A stretch of DNA of 64,000 nt from Mobula hypostoma (lineage: Eukaryota), in contig NC_086097.1 in assembly GCF_963921235.1 (NCBI RefSeq), forward strand, positions 130,078,001 through 130,142,000, given 5' to 3'. The position numbers and the translations under genes were made by a program. Below, in pieces: positions 12,366 to 22,670 of the stretch; position 1 is the first letter of the stretch, and each line of letters begins with the position of its first letter. The notes below the pieces were generated by a model. It was given only the letters and a program-made list of their open reading frames with translations. It had not been told where the DNA came from and made no database searches.

Positions 12366-13054
12366 ATAATTTTGTATATTCTTGGCATGATTAACCCTGA
12401 CTATTTCTTTCCCTCAATTTGCACTAGTGTTATTATGTTTATTTTGTCACACAATTTATGTACAATTTAAGTTTATGTTGTCTTATGCTTGTGCTACTGC
12501 AGCAAAAAGCTAACTTTCATGGCACTTATACCCTTTGTATGCATGACAATAAACTTGAAATGAACTTTAATGTACTTTCCATTCAGTACACAAAAGCAGA
12601 CAGGAGCATTCTTCTAGAGATGCAAAAGGCTGCAAGTGCAATATAAAAAAAATCTGCTGGAGCAACTCAGAAGGCCGGGCAGCATCTGTGGGGGGGGGGG
12701 GGAGGAGAGAGGAGGAACTGTCAACATTTTGGGTCGTAATCTTGCATCAGCACTACAGGGTGGGACACTCAGGTACCACCTACGATTAGAGACTATGCTC
12801 ACAATTTTCCACCTGCCTGTAGTGTTGGAAGTCTCTCAGCTCCGTCATTTAAAAAACATGCATTCTATTTGATCATTCTTCATTGGAGGCGCAAGATCCA
12901 ATAGAATATAAATGCCTGTGCTGAACACGTGCCAAAGTAAATGAATCACTTTTGCCTGCATATTATCATATCTTTCCACTCTCCAAATATTCACGTAGCA
13001 GTCTAGCAGTATTCCATCACTCTGGAATCCATTAATTCAGTACCTATCATGGCC

Positions 13055-13325
13055 AGGCTCAAAGGCAGTCCTTCAGGATCTAGATGACTAAGTCCAACTC
13101 CAGTTTTGAGGGCTCCAAGGTGACTAATGAGACCAATGTGGGCACCACAGATGGGAAAGGCAATTTGTGAGGAGTGCCATTCTTCATGCTGTATATCCAT
13201 GTACTCCCAATGTACAACTTCATGATTCTCAATACCATCCCAAATGTTCCTACTCAATTTTAAGTGGTCAAGAGCCAGAAATTCCCAGCAGTTTATGAGG
13301 ATATTACATTTCTTCAAGGAACCAT
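13055..13325 (-). mobile_element. RTE-clade (BovB-like) LINE 3' end, degenerate
   Basis: KKCNI..WEFLALDH..RNIWDG and FPICGAHIGLISHL match the RTE ORF C-terminus; a similar remnant lies at ~62310-62430. Confidence 0.7.
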
Positions 13326-13427
13326 TGCAATGTGGGTTATCAAATTAGAAGAACCAAATAGTTCAAGCACCAATGATGAAGCAATATCAACTCATTCATT
13401 AGAGGATTCAACCAATGTAACTGATAA

Positions 13428-14239
13428 ATAGTCATAGTCATACTTTATTGATCCCAGGGGAAATTGGTTTTCGTTACAGTTGCACCATAAATAATAAATA
13501 GTAATAGAACCATAAATAGTTAAATAGTAATATGTAAACTATGCCAGTAAATTATGAAATAAGTCCAGGACCAGCCTATTGGCTCAGGGTGTCTGACCCT
13601 CCAAGGGAGGAGTTGTAAAGTTTGATGGCCACAGGCAGGAATGACTTCCTATGACGCTCTGTGTTGCATCTCGGTGGAATGAGTCTCTGGCTGAATGTAC
13701 TCCTGTGCCCAACCAGTACATTATGTAGTGGATGGGAGACATTGTCCAAGATGGCATGCAACTTGGACAGCATCCTCTTTTCAGACACCACTGTCAGAGA
13801 GTCCAGTTCCATCCCCACAACATCACTGGCCTTACGAATGAGTTTGTTGATTCTGTTGGTGTCTGCTACCCTCAGCGTGCTGTCCCAGCACACAACAGCA
13901 AACATGATCGCACTGGCCACCACAGACTCGTAGAACATCCTCAGCATCATCCGGCAGATGTTAAAGGACCTCAGTCTCCTCAGGAAATAGAGACGGCTCT
14001 GACCCTTCTTGCAGACAGTCTCAGTGTTCTTAGACCAGTCCAGTTTATTGCCAATTCGTATCCCCTGGTATTTGTAATCCTCCACCATGTCCACACTGAT
14101 CCCCTGGATGGAAACAGGGGTCACCGGTACCTTAGCTCTCCTCAGGTCTACCACCAGCTCCTTAGTCTTTTTCACATTAAGCTGCAGATAATTCTGCTCA
14201 CACCATGTGACAAAGTTTCTTACCATAGCCCTGTACTCA
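13428..14239 (-). mobile_element. Young Rex1/Babar LINE, 5'-truncated, open RT C-terminal frame
   Basis: Open frame EYRAMVRNFVTWCEQNYLQLNVKKTKELVVD...KKGQSRLYFLRRLRSFN...FYESVVASAIMFAVVCW...SFLPVAIKLYN (stop at 13576); 3' UTR with aataaa and a (TATGAC)n tail. Confidence 0.9.
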
Positions 14240-14734
14240 GAAAGTGAACTTAATGAACTCAAAAAGTGACAGTCTATTTACAGTAAGGTAAGTGAATTTA
14301 TAAGGAGAAACACAAGTCTCACACACACCTAATATTCTTGTCTGTGTTGTAACTGATGAAGATGACATGAGAGAGCACGAGAGAGAGCACAAGAGAGCAC
14401 GAGAGAGAAAATGAGAGAGAACTTTCCAAAGAGGACTTGTGAATAATATTATGATTTAGACTTCATTAACATCTGCCCTTCTAGATGTGACATGGAAAAG
14501 GGGAAATAAAGGTTTGAAGATGAATCTGTACAAGTCTAATGAGAAAGAAAACTGGAGTAGAAGGTTATGTACTCCAATGTAAAGGATATTTTCATCAGAG
14601 GATTGAATGCCAGGACAAGTTACAGTTCATTTTAAACGAAGCCCTCTTTGGAAACTTACCTTTTGCAGCTTACAAAGGAGAAAGCAAGTGAAAAAATTTT
14701 GATTTTCAAGTTCAAGTACAGTTTATCATTCAGC

Positions 14735-14862
14735 CATACATACGCATACCGCCAAATTAAACAAAGTTTCTCCAGACCAAGGTGCACAATACAGTACATA
14801 CATACGTATACCGCCAAATTAAACAAAGTTCCTCCAGACCAAGGTGCACAATACAGTACATA
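14735..14862. repeat. 62-bp tandem duplication (2 copies, 2 mismatches) inside a LINE 3' UTR
   Basis: catacatacgcataccgccaaattaaacaaagtttctccagaccaaggtgcacaatacagta at 14735-14796 and 14797-14858. Confidence 0.9.
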
Positions 14863-14917
14863 TAGCTCACATGCAAACACAATGTAATATTACCACAAAT
14901 AATTTATCAAATAATAA

Positions 14918-15145
14918 CAACATACATCAAAGTTGCTGGTGAACGCAGCAGGCCAAGCAGCATCTCTAGGAAGAGGCGCAGTCGACGTTTCAGGCCGAGA
15001 CCCTTCGTCAGGACTTAGAAGGGTCTCGGCCTGAAACGTCGACTGCGCCTCTTCCTAGAGATGCTGCTTGGCCTGCTGCGTTCACCAGCAACTTTGATGT
15101 ATGTTGCTTGAATTTCCAGCATCTGCAGAATTCCTGTTGTTTGCG
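14918..15145. mobile_element. Miniature fold-back PLE insertion: perfect 89-bp inverted repeat plus 39-nt tail, 13-bp TSD
   Basis: Arms 14918-15006 and 15018-15106 are exact reverse complements with an 11-nt loop; tail 15107-15145; TSD tatcaaataataa at 14905-14917 and 15146-15158. Inserted into an older Rex1-type 3' end (~14705-15400). Confidence 0.92.
14980..15015 (-). ncRNA. Minimal type I hammerhead ribozyme motif (PLE type)
   Basis: Minus strand: AGTC-CTGACGA-AGG-GTCTCGG-CCT-GAAAC-GTC^-GACT, giving stem I AGTC/GACT, core CUGANGA, stem II AGG/CCT, GAAA, loopless palindromic stem III (ACGT) and a GUC cleavage triplet. Confidence 0.8.
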
Positions 15146-15759
15146 TATCAAATAATAAGGTGCTTTTACAACACAAGTTAAAAAGTAAACAGGATAATGC
15201 TACAGGCACTCCATAGGTATGTGACGAGAACTGGCTACTGGCAGGGAGTTCAATAGTCTCACAGCCTGGTAGGAAAAAGCTGTTTCCCATCCTAACAGTT
15301 CTTGTCCTAGTACTACAGTACCTCCTGCCTGATGGTAGGGAGTCAAACTGATTGTTGGATGGATGGGAGAGTTATTGATAATGCTCAGAGACCTGCGAAT
15401 GCAGCGCTCCTGATAAATATCTCTGATGCGTGGAAGAGAGACCCTGATAATTCCTTCAGCAGAGGATTTTGCATTTTCACAAAAGTGACTGAACTACAAA
15501 ATATGTGGATGGTGCCCTTGACTCAATGCAAACTGATTGTTCTGTTAACTTTTGCAGAGAGTGTGATAAAGATTTAAGTAAATGAACAACTTCATTCTGA
15601 TGAGATGAGATTAACAGCTTAGGTGAGCATTTACTCAAGTGTTCCCACAATAGCACAACGGCACTTAGTACATGGTGCAATACAAGAATTTATTGAAAAA
15701 AGTGATGGTTCAAATAGTTGTGTGTAATTTGTGTATAATTTTGTGGTCTTCAAGCAGAA

Positions 15760-16310
15760 TCTGGTATTGCGTTATCATTGTTACATGTACTGAGACACAG
15801 TATTCATACAAATCATTTCAAAACATATGTACATTGGGGTAGTACAAAGGACAACCCATAACAGAGTGTAGAATATAGTCTAAATTATAACTAAGTCAAA
15901 GTGCAGTGCAGTAAACACTGAGGTGAAAGGGGCATGATGAGATGGATTCTGAGGTCAAGAGTTGAGTTTTAACAAACATGAAAACTGGTCAAGAATCTTA
16001 TAACAGCAGGATAGGAGCTATCCTTCAGCATGATGACGTGTGTGTTTCAACATTTGTATCTTCTGCTTGATGGACGGGAGAAAAGGGGATGTGCAGAGTG
16101 GAAGGGCTTTTGATTATGCTGTCTGCTTGTCCGAGGCAGTGAGAAGTATGGTGTCCATGGAGGGGAAGCTGGTTTTCATGATGGACTGAGCTGTGTCCAC
16201 ATTTCTGCAAATTTTTATACTCTTGGACGGAGCAGCTATCATATCAGGCTGCCATGCATCCAGCTAAGCTGCTTTCAATGGTGCATCAATAGAAATTGGT
16301 AAGAGTCAAT
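15760..16310 (-). mobile_element. Rex1-type LINE 3' end, degenerate
   Basis: Similar to 6010-6445 (gctggttttcatgatggact; HCLGQADSIIK remnants). Confidence 0.55.
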
Positions 16311-16389
16311 GGGGGGGCGGGGATTTGCCAAATCTAATACATGGCTAGCCACAGCCTTTTTCTCTTGCACCATGTTAACCAGTTCAAAG

Positions 16390-17150
16390 TATCATACAGC
16401 ACTAGGCAAGCATTTTAGACCACCATGTCCACACTGCCATCACAAAATCATCTATACTAATCCCATTGCCCAGCAGTTGGTCCTTGGCATTCTATGGCTT
16501 GGTGATTCAAGTGCTCTTTTGGTTACTTTTACAACTGTATAAGAATCCCTGTCCCCATCACCCTCTGAGGCAGAGCGTTCCAGGATCCAACCACCCTTCC
16601 AAGTGGGAAAAGTTCTTTTTCAGATCTCCTCTGAATTTCTCACCCCAAACTCATGCTCACTGGGCTTTAAATATTACTGTTAAGGAGAAAAGCTTTCCCA
16701 CTATCTATCCTATGTTATGACTCTTAATTGTAGACACCTGAATTTGGTTCATCCTCTTTCACTCCATGGAAAGAGCTCAGCGTATCCAGTCTCTCCTTGG
16801 AAATACAAAGCTCCATCCCAAACAACATCCAGGTAAAACTCTCTGCACCCTCTCCAATGCAATCATGTCCTTCCTATAGCATAGTGACCAGAACTGCATA
16901 CAATGGTCCAGTTGTGGCATTACTAATATTTTACAAAGTTCTATCATAATCTCTCTGCTCTTAAATGCTATGGTCCGGTAGATGAAGGCAAGTATACCTC
17001 TTCATCATCTTATCTACTTGCATCACAACCTTCAGAGGTCTGTCTGTTCCTCAGAAATGCCTCATCTCTATTCTATCTTTATTAATCCTCCTAAGGTGCA
17101 TCACCTCGGATTCAATAGGATTAAATTCCATCTACCACAGCTCTGTCAAT
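16390..17150 (-). mobile_element. Degenerate CR1 3' fragment
   Basis: gtgaccagaactgcatacaat (YCVQFWSP equivalent) and caccctctccaatgcaatcatgtccttcctata. Confidence 0.65.
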
Positions 17151-17412
17151 GGTCATTGTCATCCTGCAGTCTACAATACTACCACCAATTTTACCCTTTC
17201 TCTGTCTACTTATAACCTACTGGTGTGTCTTATCCTTCCAACCTATTCACCCTCTGCAGCCTATCTTTCCTCTTCACACTCAATACAGATGAACGATCTC
17301 TACCTAAACATTAACAGCTCCTTTCTACCCAACAGATGCAGAGTTCATCCAGGAATTTGCTTTTCTTCCCCCAGCAATTTGCATACCTTTTACAAATTAC
17401 CAAAGGCAAATA

Positions 17413-18168
17413 CAGTGGATTCTGGTTAAATGCACCTTTGTTTAATCAGAGAAGCCACTTATTTGAGACAAGTCTTAAAAAACAAAAATTAATTGAGACA
17501 ATAGCAGCAATTCCGTTCTTTTTTTCGGGACACTCTGCTGTTTAAATTGGGCAAGAGACTATTGCCAAACAATTTCAAACTAACATTATTCATGAGCACC
17601 TGCATGCCATTTGACACAATACCTTGCTTAGAGCAAACAGTTTTTAAATAGTGTCAGCTGCATGTGTTTGTTTTCAAAAAGCAGTGATCTTTGTCACTGA
17701 TAGTTGGTAAGAATTTAGCAGAGACACCTGAAACAGCTGGGAGTGAAAATGAAAAAATTTCACTATTTCAACAAGTTAGAAATTACAAAGAATTTGAAGG
17801 TATCAACAATCATCTTGAATGTTTATAAGAAAACGAAGATTTGAAGGATGCAGTCACCAAGAAGCAATGTATACGAAGACAGTTCATTATTTGCACTAGG
17901 TGCCTGCTCTGATTTTGCTCATTTAGTGTTAAAAGAACGTAAGTGTGGTTGAATTCCTCTGTCAATAAGTATTAGGAACTAATACAGTTTTCTACTACTG
18001 CAGTAGTATTAGTAGTGTTCAAATTTTTCTGAATTTCCTTTAAATCCATAATCTGTTGCTCAGTTTGGCTTTTTTTAAATATAAGCATTTAACTATTTCC
18101 ATGAAACTTCAGCTAATTGGATCACAATGTACTGGTCTCGATGAGTCACAATTAACCGGAATCCACTG
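17413..18168. mobile_element. Non-autonomous pogo/Tigger-type DNA transposon (MITE)
   Basis: TIRs cagtggattctggttaa / ttaaccggaatccactg (16 of 17 match), TA on both sides; short acidic transposase-tail-like remnant (NYKEFEGINNHLEC..ENEDLKDAV). Confidence 0.8.
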
Positions 18169-18324
18169 TATTATCTTTACATGTCACAAGTACATTGGAA
18201 CACTGAAACGTGCAAAAATGCATCATTTGCTTCATACCAAATCAGTGAGGATTGTGCTTGGCAGCCCACAAGTGTTGTGGCGTTTCTGGCACCAACATAA
18301 CATGCCCAGAACTCAGTAACCCTA

Positions 18325-18490
18325 ACCATACATCTTTAGATTATGGGAAGAAACCAGAGCACCCAGAGGAAACCCATGCAGTAAGGGGAGATTGTACAAA
18401 CTCCTTATAGAGGGTGGCATAAATTGAAACCCGATCAGTGAGTGCTGGCACTGTGATAGCATTATGCTAATGTCCTACGCAACCGTGTCA
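18325..18490 (-). mobile_element. HE1/V-SINE-like SINE
   Basis: gggaagaaaccagagcacccagaggaaacccatgcagt..ggggagattgtacaaactcctta is the reverse of the V-domain. Confidence 0.7.
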
Positions 18491-18869
18491 CCCGCCACAT
18501 TTCCTACATTCACACCCAGATCATTAATGTCTATAGCATTCAGTGAAGTGCCCAGCACAGGTCTCTATATTCATCAGTGGTCACAAGCTTCCAATCACAA
18601 AAATAACTCGCCACCATTATCTTCTGCTTCCTATTACAAAGCCAATTGTGGATCCAATGTTGTTAATTTGCCATGGATCCCACAGGTTCTAACGTTTTGG
18701 AACAGTTCCTTACGTAGAATATTAGTAAAGTCTATACAGAGTGAATCAACATTTTTGTTACACTTCTGAAAACCCTCGGTCCAACAGGTCAGATAGAATC
18801 AAACGTCTACTAAAGCCGTAACTGAACATTTTCAACTAACTCCCTGCTTTTCCAAACATAGACTAATCC

Positions 18870-19140
18870 TAAACAACAGGAATTCTGCAGATGCTGGAAA
18901 TTCAAGCAACATACATCAAAGTTGCTGGTGAACGCAGCAGGCCAAGCAGCATCTATAGGAAGAGGTCTTTTTCACATTAAGCTGCAGATAATTCTGCTCA
19001 CACCATGTGACAAAGTTTCCTACCGTAGCCCTGTACTCAGCCTCATCTCCCTTGCTGATGCATCCAACTATGGCAGAGTCATCAGAAAACTTCTGAAGAT
19101 GACAAGACTCTGTGCAGTAGTTGAAGTCCGAGGTGTAAAT
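18870..19140 (-). mobile_element. Chimeric insert: Rex1 RT fragment fused to a PLE 3' terminus
   Basis: 18870-18965 is a near-exact PLE 3' end plus tail; 18966-19140 encodes YTSDFNYCTESCHLQKFSDDSAIVGCISKGDEAEYRATVGNFVTWCEQNYLQLNVKKT and overlaps 14165-14239 almost identically. Confidence 0.85.
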
Positions 19141-19899
19141 TGTCCATCAGTTTAATTCACATCTCCATTTACCATTTGCTGGTCAAGAGTTTAGATAAGC
19201 CACCAACATTGGCCAATGAATCGAGAACATTTTCTCCTTTTCTCTGTTCTCATTGATTTCCCATTTACATCTTGTCCAGCCAGATCAGATGGAATTAATA
19301 AACCAGTTGAAATCTAATGTACCATCTGAACTGAAGTTGAATTTGATTTTATTTTATTTACATTGCAATTATCTTTTTATTATTTCACTCATGAGATCTG
19401 GATCTCAATTCAGGTAGCATTTACTACGCATCTCTGATAATCTCAAAATGAGAAGGAAACTAAGAGTTCCTTAAGTTCTGCACACAGTCACACAGAACAG
19501 AAACAGTCCCTTTGGCCCAACTAACTCATACCGACCAAAATGTCCATCTTAGTCAGTCTAATCTGCCTGCATTTGCGACTCATCCCTTCAAACCTCTTAA
19601 AATGTTGCCGATAAGTGGCGACTCTTTGTAATAACAGAGGGAAGCAGATGTTCCAGTGGGAATCGTTGAATATTCCCATTTGGGACTGCTGGAGGCAAAA
19701 ATCCACACTCACATCCATAGCTACTTGAGTTAGCAATATCGTTTTTCAGACACTTTAAAAATGATCAATACTCAAAATCAGCAGATCCCTCCCATACTGC
19801 AGACTCAAGTTGTGAGTGCAGTTCTCATTTAAGAAAACACAAGCCTGTAAGATGAGGCAGTCCACAGGTACAATTGAAACACAGAAGCCTTAGACACCA

Positions 19900-21780
19900 C
19901 CCCGCACCCCCCAACAACTATCCTGCAAGCAAATGTACAGTGCCTAGTTAATAAAACTGAAGATCTCAGAGGAAGATTGTATTAGAGTGAGTTTTTAGGT
20001 AGGTGATTCATTTACACTTAAATCGCTGGCCACCAGTCTTCTATATGACAAAGTACTGTGGATTGCATTCACAACAATGCATCTCCTAAAAGCTGTGAAT
20101 ACCAGATGCTGCTGACGCCGTAGTTTGACCAGATGCTGTAGTTTCGAAGACAGCATTATCTATACTTTATAAATATTAATTGTCCTCTATGTTAGCACAT
20201 ATAATACCAAATAAATGTATTGTGGGTTTAACTTGCATTCCTAAAGGCTGAGAGTACCAACCCAGACATGTTAGCGTCAGGAGGAAAGGATGAAGTCAGA
20301 AGGTGTGTTGCTTTGTATGTAATTTCAAAAGGAAGCATTGTCTATGCATTATCTATAACTTTGTAAGTAGCGATTGCCTTTTGTGTTTAGCATACAAATA
20401 TCAAGCCCACATTGGGCTAGCAGACCTTTCTACCGAAAGCGTCTCCATCTGTATGATGCCTGCTGTACCTTGTTGTGTTGAATAAAGAAGCTGCTTTGTA
20501 TCTACCAGTAACTCTGTCTCTCCGGTGATTTCATCCACACCTCAACAGATTGCAATACTAGAGGGAAGGAGACTGCTGTGTACTTTGCTTCACAGAAACA
20601 TAGCTCACTGCCGCCATTTTGGATCCAGTGCTGCAGCCCAAATGGTTCACCATTCTCTGGAAAATGGGACAGCTTTGTCTTTTAAAAGGAAGAGGAGGTG
20701 GAGTAAGCTTTATGATTAACTCATCATGGTACGCAGATGTGGGAGTTCTACCTCAATTCTGTTCACCCGACCTGGGACATATAATGGTCAAGTATCGGCC
20801 ATTTTCTTCTGCCCAGGTAGTCCGGTCAAAGTGCATATTCCACCTTGGGCCAATATCAGGCAGTCACCGAAGAAGCTGGGCATCATGATCAGCAGTCATA
20901 AAACAGCGCACCAGGATGCCTTAACTATTATTGTGGAGGGATTTCAATCAGGCCAGCTTGAAGAAGTCTCTGAACAATGAACATGTCACCTGTGGAACCA
21001 GAGGAGCCAACACATTTGACTAACGTAATACCACCATCAAGTACACTTACTGTGTCATTCCACGCCTACACTTTGGAAAGTCCCATCAGCTGTAATTCTA
21101 CTCCTGGCATGCAGGCAAAGACTAAATACTGCGGCTTTGGTGATTAGGACCAAGAAGGTATAGTCAAGGTAGGCAGAGCAGCACTTACAGGACTGCTTCG
21201 AGTTGATGGACTGGGCAATATCCAGGGACTCATTTTTGAATCTGAATGAATATGCCATAGTTGTCTCCAATTTCTAGGTACGACCTAGAGAAGGGTTATT
21301 TCAAGAGCAAAGGAACAATTGTGGTTGAAGTTAGAGATGGAATTAGATGCACATCAGCTCTAGGCAGGGTTTGCAGGCCATTACTTCCTACAAAGCAAAA
21401 CCTACCTTCATGAATGGCTGTGATGCTTCACTCCCAGATGAGCTCAACACCTTGTATGCACGCTTTGGAAGGGAGAATAAAAATACACCTTGGCGAATCC
21501 CTGCAGCATCCAGTGTCCCTGTGATGTCTGCCTCGGGGGCCAACTTCAGAATGTCTTTCAAGAGAGTGAACCCTCATTAATGTGTCAGGCCCTAATGGCA
21601 TATCTGATTGGGCACTGAAAACCTGTGCCAACCAACTGGCAGGACCATTCAAGGACATATTCAATATCTCACTCCTGTAGTCCGAGATTCCCATCTGCTT
21701 CAAAGGAGCAATAATTGTACCAGTGCCCAAGAAAAGCAGGGTGAGTTACTCAATGACCATCACCCAGCTGCACTCACACC
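19900..21780 (+). mobile_element. Old Rex1/Babar LINE (endonuclease to start of RT), disrupted
   Basis: TILQANVQCLVNKTEDLRGR...DCCVLCFTET...GGGVSFMINSSW...QGLQAITSYK...ASLPDELNTLYARF...[21 protein letters not shown]...CFKGAIIVPVPKK. Confidence 0.8.
19978..20547 (+). mobile_element. Probable solo LTR inserted in the Rex1 element
   Basis: TGT...ACA ends, internal TATA-like (ttataaat) and AATAAA (~20481). Removing it rejoins the Rex1 endonuclease sequence; agattg is repeated across both junctions. Confidence 0.6.
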
Positions 21781-22134
21781 GAGAGAGGGGAATAAGCCTT
21801 TCTTTGGCCATTGTTGGAGCGGACTTGGGGTCGAATTGAAGAAGCAGGGTCTGGGCCAGAGAGCGAGGAACGAGCTAATGTTTGACTGAGTTAAACCAGA
21901 GATGAGGGACAGGGCAGTGTTCAGCTCGCTGCTCCACGATGTTGACTCGTCTCTGCGCTGAACTGAGAATGTGGCCTGCAGTTAACAGGCTCCTGGACTG
22001 GCTGCAGAAATAAACTGACTTCACTGCGAAGGACTCACTTTTGTGAACTTCAGTTCCGAGTGTTATTTGTTTACTTATTAGTTAACACCCTAGTACTTAA
22101 TAGCTTAATTGCTAATGCAACAAAGGCAGGGCCA

Positions 22135-22465
22135 TAGAAACATTCAGCATGTTAAAAGGCCTTAACAGATTAGATTTCAAAGTTATTTCTCATGGTAGGG
22201 GATTCTGGGACAAGAGGGCATGACTTCAGGATTGAAGGATGTCCTTTTAGAACTGAGATGCGGAGAAAATTACTTTCGTTAGAGGTTGGTAAATCTGTGG
22301 AATTTGTTGCCACAAGCAGCTGAGGAGGCTAAGTCATCGGGTGTATTTAAGGCAGAGATAGAGGCATCAAAGGGTATGACTGGAAGAATTGGATCAGCCT
22401 ATTATTGAATGGCGGAGAAGACTCGACAGGCCGGATGGCCTACTTCTGCTCCTATGTCTTAGGAT
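22135..22465 (+). mobile_element. CR1 LINE 3' fragment (same subfamily as 2287-2895)
   Basis: gagggcatgacttcaggattgaagga...aaatctgtggaatttgttgcca...tacttctgctcctatgtctt. Confidence 0.85.
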
Positions 22466-22670
22466 ATTATAGTTTCTTAGAAGCATGCACAAATTCGGCA
22501 CATCATATAGAAATTTGGTAAACTTCTATGGATGCACAATGGAGAGTATCCTGTCTGGTTGCATCACAGCCTGATATGGAAATACCAATACTCAGGAACG
22601 GAGAAGCCCACAAACAGCGGTCAACACAGCCCAATCCATCACAAGTCAAAGCCCTCCCCACCACTGAGCT

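Noticed and set aside
13661..14247. Plus-strand ORFs of 90 and 171 aa
   Set aside because: Antisense shadows of the Rex1 RT frame.
14365..14420. GAGAGCAC/GA simple repeat (also a 20-bp duplication at ~45802-45843)
   Set aside because: Ordinary slippage repeats with no further structure.
14918..15106. Hairpin as a miRNA precursor, or the recurring termini as a CRISPR-like array
   Set aside because: The arms are PLE pseudo-LTR sequence with a TSD; copies are dispersed without regular spacers, and the DNA is eukaryotic.
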